NCBI RefSeq assembly: GCF_009936135.1
Contig: NZ_CP047901.1
Span: 563,354-627,353 of the forward strand
Origin: Candidatus Chazhemtobacterium aquaticus
GTDB taxonomy: Bacteria > Patescibacteriota > Microgenomatia > UBA1400 > Chazhemtobacteraceae
Length of the DNA: 64,000 nt
Reading direction: 5' to 3'
Shown here: piece by piece, positions 28,205 to 37,456 of the stretch
How the letters are laid out: each line of letters opens with the position of its first letter
Position numbering within the stretch: position 1 is the stretch's first letter
Made by a program: the position numbers and the translations under genes
Notes under the pieces: generated by a model
Databases searched by the model: none
The model's input: the letters and a program-made list of their open reading frames with translations, nothing else
Told to the model about the DNA's origin: nothing

Positions 28205-29536
28205 CTAACTTCTACCTCGTTTGATCACCACTGCCTCGGGATGATACAGAAATGTTGCTGGTGCGTCCTCGGCAACAAATCTCTGGAAATCAAAATACAT
28301 CTGTCTTCTCTCAATCTGATCCAAAGTCTGCCTACCATCTTCCAACAATTTATCTACCTTTGGACTTAAGAACTTAGTAAAGTTACTCGCCTGGGTTGAG
28401 TGCCAGTTGTAGTACTGATCTGGGTCAGCTGGGATTTCTTGAGTTGCCACCAGTGCTTGGAAACTACTTGGAATCGAAGCTACCACCTTAATATCCACCT
28501 TTATACCAAGCTCTTCCCAATCCTCTTTAATTACTTCCGCCACCTGCAATAGATCTGCCGTACTTGATAACTCAATCCTTAACTCCTGCTCACTTTCAGC
28601 TGGTACCGCCTCTTCCAGCAACTCCCTAGCCCGGTTAACATCATACTCATACTCCTTTACCACCGAGTTGTATGCCCAAGACTTAGGACTAATCGGTCCT
28701 GTCGCTCTCTGATAGCCATAGTCCTTATCTTCAATCGCATACGATAATGCCTGCCTGACTCGCTTATCACCCAACAACGGATCTTTATTATCATAAAACA
28801 CTGCCGTGTAATAGTCGTACTTAGTTACTCTCTCAATTGTTGCGTTACTCCATTCAGATATCTCACCCGCATCAAACAGGCCAACCAGCTCATCAATTTC
28901 TCCCAGCTTAAACGCTGTCAGCGCCGTGCTGGATGTGTCATAAAACTTGAATACCAGAATCTCTTCTTCATTCTCCAGTTGCAGCAAACGTAAAAAAGGA
29001 CCGTCTGCCTGTATATCCCCAACCATATATTTACCGGTTGTGTATCTACCTTCTCGCAGCACTGGTGTGCTTAGCACCACTGGAAATGGAGAGAATGGTT
29101 CAGGTAATACAAACTCCAATACACCATTATCCAGCTTGTTAAACGCTACATCAGGAATACTAAAGTTAAAATCCTCGACTACTACTTTTTTACCATCTGA
29201 CCAGTACATATCATCCCTTAAGTAGAACCGGTAAGTTTTGCCATCCTCTGTCACCTCCCACTTCCTTGCCAAACCAGGCTCCGGTAAGTAATCATCGCCC
29301 AAGCTAGTCAAGCCCATCCCGAGCTCCTGTTCAATTCGCTCAGGTATCTGGGACAGTTCATATCTGCCAATAATTCCCACATAACGATTGGGCTTTGGTT
29401 TGGGTATGTGTGGCCAGATTAAAACCAAGAAACCAATCACCAACAAGCTCCCAATCAAACTCCCAGCCATCACCCGCCTATACTTACCGACAAAACCTGC
29501 CACAAACCAATATGTCTTCCGTATTGAGATAGCCAT
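28205..29536 (-). CDS. Family-5 (peptide/nickel) ABC substrate-binding protein
   Basis: PGLARKWEVTEDGKTYRFYLR...WSDG, RVRQALSYAI. Confidence 0.88.
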   Translation of the reverse strand: MAISIRKTYWFVAGFVGKYRRVMAGSLIGSLLVIGFLVLIWPHIPKPKPNRYVGIIGRYELSQIPERIEQELGMGLTSLGDDYLPEPGLARKWEVTEDGKTYRFYLRDDMYWSDGKKVVVEDFNFSIPDVAFNKLDNGVLEFVLPEPFSPFPVVLSTPVLREGRYTTGKYMVGDIQADGPFLRLLQLENEEEILVFKFYDTSSTALTAFKLGEIDELVGLFDAGEISEWSNATIERVTKYDYYTAVFYDNKDPLLGDKRVRQALSYAIEDKDYGYQRATGPISPKSWAYNSVVKEYEYDVNRARELLEEAVPAESEQELRIELSSTADLLQVAEVIKEDWEELGIKVDIKVVASIPSSFQALVATQEIPADPDQYYNWHSTQASNFTKFLSPKVDKLLEDGRQTLDQIERRQMYFDFQRFVAEDAPATFLYHPEAVVIKRGRS

Positions 29537-29748
29537 TACAGCATAATGCTCATAACCGCCAGACCGGTAAACAGCACTATCAATCCAATGGTGGCCGCAA
29601 ACACGTATCGCTCCAAACCCTTGCGAGAGTGGTAGCTAACACCACTTCCGCCAAAACTACTCCCCAATCCTGTTCCCTGGCTTTGTAGCATCACCAAGGC
29701 AATCAAGGCCACCGACACAAATATCTGTAGTAACAATAACCAATCCAT
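29536..29748 (-). CDS. secG: Preprotein translocase subunit SecG
   Basis: LVMLQSQGTGLGSSFGG...RKGLER; 2 TM. Confidence 0.9.
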   Translation of the reverse strand: MDWLLLLQIFVSVALIALVMLQSQGTGLGSSFGGSGVSYHSRKGLERYVFAATIGLIVLFTGLAVMSIML

Positions 29749-29780
29749 ACCCCTATTCTATCAAAACCTGAAATTTATTC

Positions 29781-30185
29781 TTAATCCTCAAGAACCCAGC
29801 TAATACTCGAGGCGATCACTCCGATGGTGATCGAGCCCAGCACATACGACATCAAAGTACTTACCTCAAATACTGGTATCACAAAACCATTACTTTCCCA
29901 ACCTGGAAACACAAAACCAACTATTCCAAAACCACTCACTATTCTGGTTAACAAAAATAGAGTCAAAACATGAGCCACCCAACGAAACAGTCCTAATGTG
30001 ATCAAGTTAATTGGTAGCAAAAACAGCTTGATTAAGGGTTTGACGATCCGGTTAAGCAGCATTAGAGCAATAGCAGCTATTATCAGGGTTTCAAGCCGTC
30101 CATCATAAATAATGCCCGGATATATCAGTACCGATAGATACAGCACCAAGCCGCTTAAGAAAAATCCTCTAATTAAGCCTTTCAT
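29781..30185 (-). CDS. Phage holin family (4-TM, YvlD-like) membrane protein
   Basis: LLNRIVKPLIKLFLLPINLITLGLF. Confidence 0.85.
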   Translation of the reverse strand: MKGLIRGFFLSGLVLYLSVLIYPGIIYDGRLETLIIAAIALMLLNRIVKPLIKLFLLPINLITLGLFRWVAHVLTLFLLTRIVSGFGIVGFVFPGWESNGFVIPVFEVSTLMSYVLGSITIGVIASSISWVLED

Positions 30186-30223
30186 AACTTCATTTTTTCA
30201 GTCTTGACTGTCTACGTCAACTT

Positions 30224-31552
30224 TTATGATAAACTCCGCCTGTCTCTTACTTGTTTATGATATCCCGTTCCAAATCTATGAGCCTCGTCTCTGATTTGCT
30301 GCAGTAACTGCAAGCCTTTAGATCTTCTTGGCATCTCTATCTCAATAAACTTACCCTCATAGAAAATCACAATCAGCTCTTCCTTTTTAGCCAAACCAAT
30401 CACTGGTACGTCCTTTATCAACTTCAAGGCTGTTGATAGTTGTGGCCTGCCTCCATCAACCAAAATTAAGTCAGGTCGTGGCCAATCAGTTCGCCTAGTT
30501 CTTCGAACAAGCATCTGCTTCATTGCCTCAGTATCGCTATTACTACCATCAAGCTTAAATTTTCGATAGCTACTTTTATCTGCAGTCCCCAAGAAAAAGA
30601 CCACCATCGCTCCCACCGTATCCATTTGTAGAGTAGTGGCCACATCATAACCCTCAATCCGCTCTAAACTAGACTCTATCCCGTAGCTACTCAACATAAC
30701 CTTTAGTTCGCGGATGGCTCGCTCAGGAGTTTGATTATCCTTTAGAAACTCAGCCAATCCGTGCCGAGTCTTGGTGGCCCATTTGACTGCCTCGTACATC
30801 TTCCTAACCTCCTCAGCCTCCTCATATTTTTCATTCTTAGCCAATCTTCGTATCTTCTTTTCTAAGCTAACCAACAAACCACTCGAACTCCCATTTAAGA
30901 ATCTCTTTAAGTATCCGATCTTACTTCGGTACTTTGTCTTACTAACCAATCCCGTGCAGGCGCCATCACACTTGCCAATATGGTAATAGAAACATGCTCT
31001 TTTAACGCCATTGTTAGGTGGATTTTGGCAAAACTTAAAAATATTTCTAGCCACTTTAAGTACCATCTCAGCTTCATAGCGGGTTCTAAATGGACCATAC
31101 ACTGACCTAAAATTCTCTATCTCACCACCTCTGATCAAACTAACCACTGGAAAATCTTCATTACCTACCATGATGTAGGTACTACTCTTGTCATCCTTCG
31201 ACATCGAGTTGTAAAAAGGTTGATGCAGACGGATCAACTTTGCTTCAAGTAGCAAACTCTCGATTTCCGACTCAACCTGATAAAACCTAATCCATTTGGC
31301 CAAATTAACAAACTCCTTTTGTTTACTTCTTGCCTCCTTAGCTTGTTGAAGATGTTGTTTAAGTCTGGACTTAGGATGAACCGATTTACCTATATACAGC
31401 GGTTTACCGGTCTCGTCTTCGAAGCAATAAACGGACGGCTGTGTAGGCACCCGCTGCCAGAATCGTGGCTCCAACTGCTCCGGCCGCCACTTTAACCGAC
31501 GTCCCCCAAGCTTCGTCTTGTTCGACTCTAACCATGATTTCTCGTTGTCCAT
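30224..31552 (-). CDS. uvrC: Excinuclease ABC subunit C, lacking the C-terminal HhH domain
   Basis: GIY-YIG (VY..LYIGKS), Cys cluster, UVR, RIEGYD, PDLILVDGG, RDEAHRF. Confidence 0.9.
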   Translation of the reverse strand: MDNEKSWLESNKTKLGGRRLKWRPEQLEPRFWQRVPTQPSVYCFEDETGKPLYIGKSVHPKSRLKQHLQQAKEARSKQKEFVNLAKWIRFYQVESEIESLLLEAKLIRLHQPFYNSMSKDDKSSTYIMVGNEDFPVVSLIRGGEIENFRSVYGPFRTRYEAEMVLKVARNIFKFCQNPPNNGVKRACFYYHIGKCDGACTGLVSKTKYRSKIGYLKRFLNGSSSGLLVSLEKKIRRLAKNEKYEEAEEVRKMYEAVKWATKTRHGLAEFLKDNQTPERAIRELKVMLSSYGIESSLERIEGYDVATTLQMDTVGAMVVFFLGTADKSSYRKFKLDGSNSDTEAMKQMLVRRTRRTDWPRPDLILVDGGRPQLSTALKLIKDVPVIGLAKKEELIVIFYEGKFIEIEMPRRSKGLQLLQQIRDEAHRFGTGYHKQVRDRRSLS

Positions 31553-33257
31553 TCTTAATCAATAAATTACTTGGCGCGATTAATCCCTTACCTCGCGCCG
31601 TGTTAACAAGCATTACCCTTTCTCCGTAAGGTGGGATAACCTCCTCACGCACCTCGTCCACCACACCCTCAGGCTCTGATTTTATCACCAGGCTACCTCC
31701 TCCGGCCACCATGCCCTGATTCTTCACCGTTAATTCAATCACTCCTTTCCACCAATTTCGTTTGTATACAGCCTCAAACATCAAGTCCTCACTTGGCATT
31801 ACCACCGGGTCACTGGCAATCACCTTAACATCTTTATTGCTAGTCACCTCCGTCTTATATGCTCCAGCAGGCAAAGGATTCACTGGATCACTACCGTGGA
31901 TTACAAATACAAAGTGGTTCAAGTCCAGTTTATTAAAATAATCGACTCCTCCGGTCGTATCCCCCCAGGTTGGATCAATCTGTACCCACCGCCTTGTCTG
32001 CAAATCATAATACTCAGGCCAAGCATGCAAAATATCCTGGGTCAGACTCAAAGGTCGAAGTTTGTCATTACTAGTGAAAGCATAACCTTCCAGTTCTCTT
32101 GCTGGAATCCCCGCCGCTCTAGCCAATGTCACAAACAAATCCGTGAACTCAGTACAAATAGCCGTCTCAGGGGCATTTAAAGCAGCCAAAGCTCCCACTC
32201 GGCCACCTCCCGTTAACACCTTGTTGTAGTCATAACTTAAATAATCAGTCACGTAGTCATAAACAGACTTAGCTGATCCCAATTTATCAGCCAAGGCTTG
32301 TACCTGAGCATTGTCCACCTGCCAGTAGCCACTACTCGACAAATACGTCTCCCACATATCCTGATTGAGAATAGAGCCATCAGGATTAAAGCTTATCTTC
32401 ACTACTCCCGTTGTACTTACATCAAGTTTCTGACCGGGTAACAACGTGTACTGGGCCAGCCAGTTACCATCCTTATCAATCAATACATTTTCAGGCTCCG
32501 GCCTGATCGACTCATAAACCATTTTTTGGTAATTCGTGTCAGGTGGTATGGCAATCTCTGCTCCTTGTTTTACCGGGCTGTTATTTTCCAAATGGTAGAT
32601 CAGGTTAAAGCGCATATACTGCTCAGTTCCAAACACCGCCGAAATCGCCCTGTTACCCAAAGTCAATGCTTCAAAGCCATAACTATTACTCGTATTTGCC
32701 GCTGGCGGATTGTTCGTTGCTGTATCAGGTTTTGGAGTAATAAAAGCCGGCTCACCAAAAACAGATGGGACAATTAAGGTCACTTTCTGACTGGATATCT
32801 CTTTATCTGCCTCAAGCTGAGGAATGTTCACTTCCCAGATTGAGCCGTTCTTAATCGCAATATCCTGAGTTTCATAGCTTACCGAAAAACGATTTACCTT
32901 ACCCTTGCCCACTACCTTATCAACAAACATAAACCTGATAATTGTTTGATTATCAGTCACCACAATCTCTGGTTCGATCAAGCCAACGGCATCCTTAACT
33001 CTTACATTTCTAATATCAGTAAACCCTACCGACAGTGAGAATCGATCAGCATATACGTTACTTATCTTGTTTTCCAAGGATATATCAAGCACTACCTGAG
33101 TCACCCCATTAAGACCCACCTGATAAATACTGCTATAACTAGTCTCAAACTCAGAGGCGGCCATCAACCTCGGGGCAGACACCAACCACCAGCCCAACAT
33201 TAACACCACCAACAGTAACTTCTTCACACTGATATTTAACCAGCCGCCATGCCTCAC
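31404..33257 (-). CDS. Secreted, membrane-anchored transglutaminase-like protein
   Basis: ICTEFTDLFVTLARAAGIPAR, HAWPEYY, WVQIDPTW (Cys-His-Asp triad); signal peptide and C-terminal TM. Confidence 0.88.
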   Translation of the reverse strand: MRHGGWLNISVKKLLLVVLMLGWWLVSAPRLMAASEFETSYSSIYQVGLNGVTQVVLDISLENKISNVYADRFSLSVGFTDIRNVRVKDAVGLIEPEIVVTDNQTIIRFMFVDKVVGKGKVNRFSVSYETQDIAIKNGSIWEVNIPQLEADKEISSQKVTLIVPSVFGEPAFITPKPDTATNNPPAANTSNSYGFEALTLGNRAISAVFGTEQYMRFNLIYHLENNSPVKQGAEIAIPPDTNYQKMVYESIRPEPENVLIDKDGNWLAQYTLLPGQKLDVSTTGVVKISFNPDGSILNQDMWETYLSSSGYWQVDNAQVQALADKLGSAKSVYDYVTDYLSYDYNKVLTGGGRVGALAALNAPETAICTEFTDLFVTLARAAGIPARELEGYAFTSNDKLRPLSLTQDILHAWPEYYDLQTRRWVQIDPTWGDTTGGVDYFNKLDLNHFVFVIHGSDPVNPLPAGAYKTEVTSNKDVKVIASDPVVMPSEDLMFEAVYKRNWWKGVIELTVKNQGMVAGGGSLVIKSEPEGVVDEVREEVIPPYGERVMLVNTARGKGLIAPSNLLIKNGQREIMVRVEQDEAWGTSVKVAAGAVGATILAAGAYTAVRLLLRRRDR

Positions 33258-33266
33258 TACAAGCCG

Positions 33267-36212
33267 CTAAATGATCTGTTTTAACTCCTGACCCGTATAC
33301 GATCGCTCACACTCAATGATTTTATTTAAATTACCAGCAACCAATATCTCTCCTCCTTTGTCTCCACCCTCAGGACCCATATCAATTATCCAGTCTGCGT
33401 TTTTAATCATATCTAAGTTGTGTTCAATCACCACCACTGTATTATCCTGCTTCACTAGGCGGTGTAAAACGATTAACAATTTTCTCAAATCCTCAAAATG
33501 CAGTCCTGTGGTTGGTTCATCCAAGACATAAACAGTATGACCCGACCCAGTTTTTGCCAGTTCCGCCGCCAACTTAATCCTTTGCGCCTCACCTCCGCTC
33601 AAGGTTGGTGCTGGTTGACCCAATTTAATATATCCCAGACCCACATCCTGCAACGTCTTAAGCCGTTTACTAATTGCCGGTACTCCCTTAAAGAACTCCA
33701 CCGCATCATCAACCGTCATCTCCAGTACCTCAGCAATATTCTTGCCCCGGTAATCAACCTCTAGAGTCGGCGAGTTATACCTACTCCCCTGACACACCTC
33801 ACACTTAACATATATGTCTGCCATAAACTGCATCTCAATCTTGGTTTGTCCCTCACCTTGACAGGCCTCACATCTACCCCCTTTGACATTAAACGAGAAC
33901 CTGCCCTGATTGTATCCTCGCATCTTTGCCTCAGATGTCATTGCAAACAATGATCTAATGTAATCAAAAGTCTTGGTATATGTAGCCGGATTACTTCTTG
34001 GTGTCCTACCAATCGGACTTTGGTCAATTAAACTAACCCTCTTTACCCTGTCAGGAATCATAATCGATTCATAATTCACCTGCTCTCGCTTATGTCGCTT
34101 GTTTAACTCTCTAGACAGAGCCTCATACAGAGTTTTAACAATTAAAGTAGACTTACCTGAGCCAGAGACTCCTGTTACACACACCATTCGATTCAGCGGT
34201 AGTTCTACATCAACTTGCTTCAAGTTGTGTTCACTCGCTCCCATTAAACGAATCTTCTCCGGATCCATCACTTTACTCTCATTACTCACCTCAATTTTCT
34301 TTTTGTTTGCCAGATACATTCCTGTCAGACTCTTTGTATCCTTCATCATGTTATTAACATCACCCTGATAGGTTATCTCTCCTCCCTGACTCCCAGCTCC
34401 TGGACCAAACTCAACAATCTCATCTGCTGACATCATCATTTCCCGATCATGCTCTACCACAATTAATGTATTACCCAATTTCTGCAGCTCCCGCAGTGTC
34501 CCGATCAATCTCTTGTTATCTCTCTCATGAAGACCAATGGTTGGCTCATCTAATATATACAATATCCCGGTCAATCTAGAGCCAATCTGGGAAGCCAATC
34601 TAATTCGCTGTAACTCTCCACCAGCAAGTGTACCCGCTTCACGAGCCAGAGTCAGATAGTCCAAGCCAACCGCTTCCAAAAACTTTAACCGGGACATAAT
34701 CTCCTCCACAATTGGCCCGGCAATCGTTTTCTCTTTCTCACTTAAACTGCTCATAACCGTCTCCATCCACTCGCGTGCATTCTCAATCGATAAAGCAGTT
34801 ACCTCAGAAATCGAGGCACTCAATATCGTCACCGCCAAAGCCTCCGGTTTTAATCGATATCCATGACACTCAGGACAAATCTCTTTAACCATGTATTTCT
34901 CAAGCTCTGTCTTGACATACTCAGAGCTACTCTCCGTATATCTTCTCTCCAGCTCGGGAATAATGCCGGCAAAACTAGTATGCCAAGTAGTCTCTCTTCC
35001 TTTAGAGTTAATCCCCTTAACCGCGTACTCTCGTTTACCCGTACCGTAAAGCAGTATCTCCCTCTGCTCATCTTTTAGATCTTTGATTGCCGTTTTGCTA
35101 TCAAACCCATTTTCTAAAGCAACCTGACGAATCAACTTAGCCATCCAAGTATTTGTCTCAAACTGGGCAGCCAGTGGAATAATTCCTCCCTCATCTAAAG
35201 TTAAACTTTCAGCCAATAACAACTCTGTCTTGACTACCAGTTTACTACCCAAACCACTACAAACCGGACACGCACCCTCGGGTGCATTAAAGGAGAACAT
35301 CCTCGGCTCAATTTCAGGCATACTCACATTACACTTCGCACAAGCAAACTTCTCGCTAAACAAGTGATCCTCCATCTCCACTGGCGACTCTGGGAAAGAC
35401 AATCCGTTATCGCCAACCACCGACATCACCACCAATCCAGCTGATATCTCTAGAGCTTGTTCAATTGCCTCAAACAATCTATTTTTGGTTTGTTTACCCA
35501 TCTCCTCATTCTTTTCAAAAACAGACTCAGGCTCGATTACGATCCTGTCAACTACTGCCTCAATGTTATGAAAATTGGTTCTGATTAACTCAACCCTGTC
35601 ATCAAGCTTCAAGATTTTTCCATCAACTCGGATTTGAGAGTAACCTTTCTTAGCCAATGTCTTAAACAGCTCCTTAAACTGTCCCTTTTGATGCCTCACC
35701 ACTGGAGCTAAAATAAGTAGCTTAACCCCTTTCTTCGCAGCCATCAGTTCATGTTTCCAAGCCATCCTTAGCATTAACCGGGTAATCTGTTCAGCGTCCA
35801 AACTGGTAATCTCCTCACCACAGTTAGGACAGTGGGGGTGACCTACTCTGGCAAACAACAGTCTTAGATAGTCATAGATCTCTGTCACTGTACCCACAAT
35901 TGATCTTGGATTATTCGACCCTGATTTCTGGTCAATCGAGATAGCAGGGGATAGTCCATCGATTCTGTCCACCTCCGGCTTATCCATCACTCCCAAAAAC
36001 TGTCTGGCGTAGGAGGATAGTGACTCGACATATCGCCTCTGACCTTCGGCATATATGGTGTCATAAGCCATACTCGATTTACCCGAACCAGATAGTCCAG
36101 TAAACACAATCAATTTGTTTTTGGGCAGATCAAGATCAACCCCTTTAAGATTATGTTGTCTAGCTCCTCGCACCATCAGATGCGTTGCTGGTGATGTATT
36201 CCTCTCTTTCAC
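33267..36212 (-). CDS. uvrA: Excinuclease ABC subunit A
   Basis: GARQHNLK, two Walker A (GLSGSGKS, GVSGSGKS), Zn fingers. Confidence 0.98.
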   Translation of the reverse strand: MKERNTSPATHLMVRGARQHNLKGVDLDLPKNKLIVFTGLSGSGKSSMAYDTIYAEGQRRYVESLSSYARQFLGVMDKPEVDRIDGLSPAISIDQKSGSNNPRSIVGTVTEIYDYLRLLFARVGHPHCPNCGEEITSLDAEQITRLMLRMAWKHELMAAKKGVKLLILAPVVRHQKGQFKELFKTLAKKGYSQIRVDGKILKLDDRVELIRTNFHNIEAVVDRIVIEPESVFEKNEEMGKQTKNRLFEAIEQALEISAGLVVMSVVGDNGLSFPESPVEMEDHLFSEKFACAKCNVSMPEIEPRMFSFNAPEGACPVCSGLGSKLVVKTELLLAESLTLDEGGIIPLAAQFETNTWMAKLIRQVALENGFDSKTAIKDLKDEQREILLYGTGKREYAVKGINSKGRETTWHTSFAGIIPELERRYTESSSEYVKTELEKYMVKEICPECHGYRLKPEALAVTILSASISEVTALSIENAREWMETVMSSLSEKEKTIAGPIVEEIMSRLKFLEAVGLDYLTLAREAGTLAGGELQRIRLASQIGSRLTGILYILDEPTIGLHERDNKRLIGTLRELQKLGNTLIVVEHDREMMMSADEIVEFGPGAGSQGGEITYQGDVNNMMKDTKSLTGMYLANKKKIEVSNESKVMDPEKIRLMGASEHNLKQVDVELPLNRMVCVTGVSGSGKSTLIVKTLYEALSRELNKRHKREQVNYESIMIPDRVKRVSLIDQSPIGRTPRSNPATYTKTFDYIRSLFAMTSEAKMRGYNQGRFSFNVKGGRCEACQGEGQTKIEMQFMADIYVKCEVCQGSRYNSPTLEVDYRGKNIAEVLEMTVDDAVEFFKGVPAISKRLKTLQDVGLGYIKLGQPAPTLSGGEAQRIKLAAELAKTGSGHTVYVLDEPTTGLHFEDLRKLLIVLHRLVKQDNTVVVIEHNLDMIKNADWIIDMGPEGGDKGGEILVAGNLNKIIECERSYTGQELKQII

Positions 36213-36220
36213 AACCCTTA

Positions 36221-36243
36221 ATTTTACCAGAAAAATCCCGAAA
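36221..36243 (-). promoter_or_regulatory. uvrA promoter (extended -10) with candidate LexA operator
   Basis: Reverse complement TTTCGGGATTTTTCTGGTAAAAT, nearly identical to the sequence upstream of uvrB. Confidence 0.6.
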
Positions 36244-36249
36244 GTTTAG

Positions 36250-36744
36250 CTAGTCACTAGACTCAGCAGTACTAGCAAACAGTGCCGTATTAATCCCCAT
36301 CACGTGCTGAACCAATTTAGCTACATCAACACTCTCATCAGCCTCAAGCCGTTCAAAAACTCGATCTATTCCTTGATTTAGTCTATCCTCAACTTGAGCC
36401 AAATCATCGCCCCAACCTAAAGCAGTTACCATCTCATCCCTATCTTGAATCCATCCAGGTTCAAGTTTACCTGCTCCTCGAGTCACGGCCAACAATCTTC
36501 CAAGTAGAGCCCAAGGTGTGTATTCAAGTAACGCCTTCTCTTGAGCTGACAGTTTGTTACTACTTATCACCTTATCCATCGCCATTCTATACTGTCGCAA
36601 GCCTTCTTTCTGTTGCATCATCATTGGTTCAACTGTAAGAATCCGTTCACCCAATACTCCAAGTACCACCTCACTCATCCTCACTGACTCAGGCGTAAAA
36701 CCCATTTCCCTAGTTAAGAAGCGCAAGCCTTCAGTTTGTGCCAT
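36250..36744 (-). CDS. Hypothetical protein
   Basis: 164-aa ORF with minus-strand codon style; no motif recognised. Confidence 0.6.
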   Translation of the reverse strand: MAQTEGLRFLTREMGFTPESVRMSEVVLGVLGERILTVEPMMMQQKEGLRQYRMAMDKVISSNKLSAQEKALLEYTPWALLGRLLAVTRGAGKLEPGWIQDRDEMVTALGWGDDLAQVEDRLNQGIDRVFERLEADESVDVAKLVQHVMGINTALFASTAESSD

Positions 36745-36819
36745 AAATCTGTCCTTTTCCTATAATTTTGAAAAAGTATACCACAGCCGTCCAAGCTCAT
36801 ATTGTGATATATTGTCACT

Positions 36820-37452
36820 ATGTCAGAACGCCCATTTGCTCCTGTTGAAGAAGAACGAGATTACTCGCCACCAACCAACGCTGAGTTTGTCTCAACCCCA
36901 GAGCTACGACAAAAAATAGAACAATGGCGCAAGGATAATCCAGACGCACCAGTTGTCATCGAAATCGGCTCGCGTAGTAATAATAATGATGGCGTCATAC
37001 TTCAAAGTAGCCAGCCTGATGTTAAAGGCGACCCCATACTGGTTATCCACGTAGATCCGCTCAATCAACCAACGGACAGGATTCCTGATGCACCACCCTC
37101 GTCCCATGCTTTTATAGTCCGCGATCGTTTTGATGCCGATATAGGCAGACAACTTAGAGGTCAGGTTGACCTAGCTGTGGTTGTTGGCCTTATTCCCGAT
37201 ATAGATATCGAGAACGAAATCCTTGAAGGCATCAAGAGACTTGCACCTCCATATGTTTATATTTCCTCTGATGCTGATAGTGGTGATCGTCAAGTTACTG
37301 GTTACACCGTTGCGCAAACCAGAAAAAATATTTCTCGTATCCTTGGCAATGAGTACTCCGCCGAAGACCCTATCCTTCCAGCTGATGTCAGACCAAATAG
37401 TAGTATTGTCACACAAGGTCGGTCACTTCGTATGGTTCTTGAGCGCGATTAG
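36820..37452 (+). CDS. Hypothetical protein (possible degenerate Rossmann/MTase fold)
   Basis: VVIEIGS, LVIHVDP, QVDLAVVVG; TGATATATT 6 nt before the ATG. Confidence 0.55.
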   Translation: MSERPFAPVEEERDYSPPTNAEFVSTPELRQKIEQWRKDNPDAPVVIEIGSRSNNNDGVILQSSQPDVKGDPILVIHVDPLNQPTDRIPDAPPSSHAFIVRDRFDADIGRQLRGQVDLAVVVGLIPDIDIENEILEGIKRLAPPYVYISSDADSGDRQVTGYTVAQTRKNISRILGNEYSAEDPILPADVRPNSSIVTQGRSLRMVLERD

Positions 37453-37456
37453 TTTT

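Noticed and set aside
29781-30185. Prophage, suggested by the holin-family gene and the phage-like metallopeptidase
   Set aside because: No structural, terminase or integrase genes; these families are common in chromosomes
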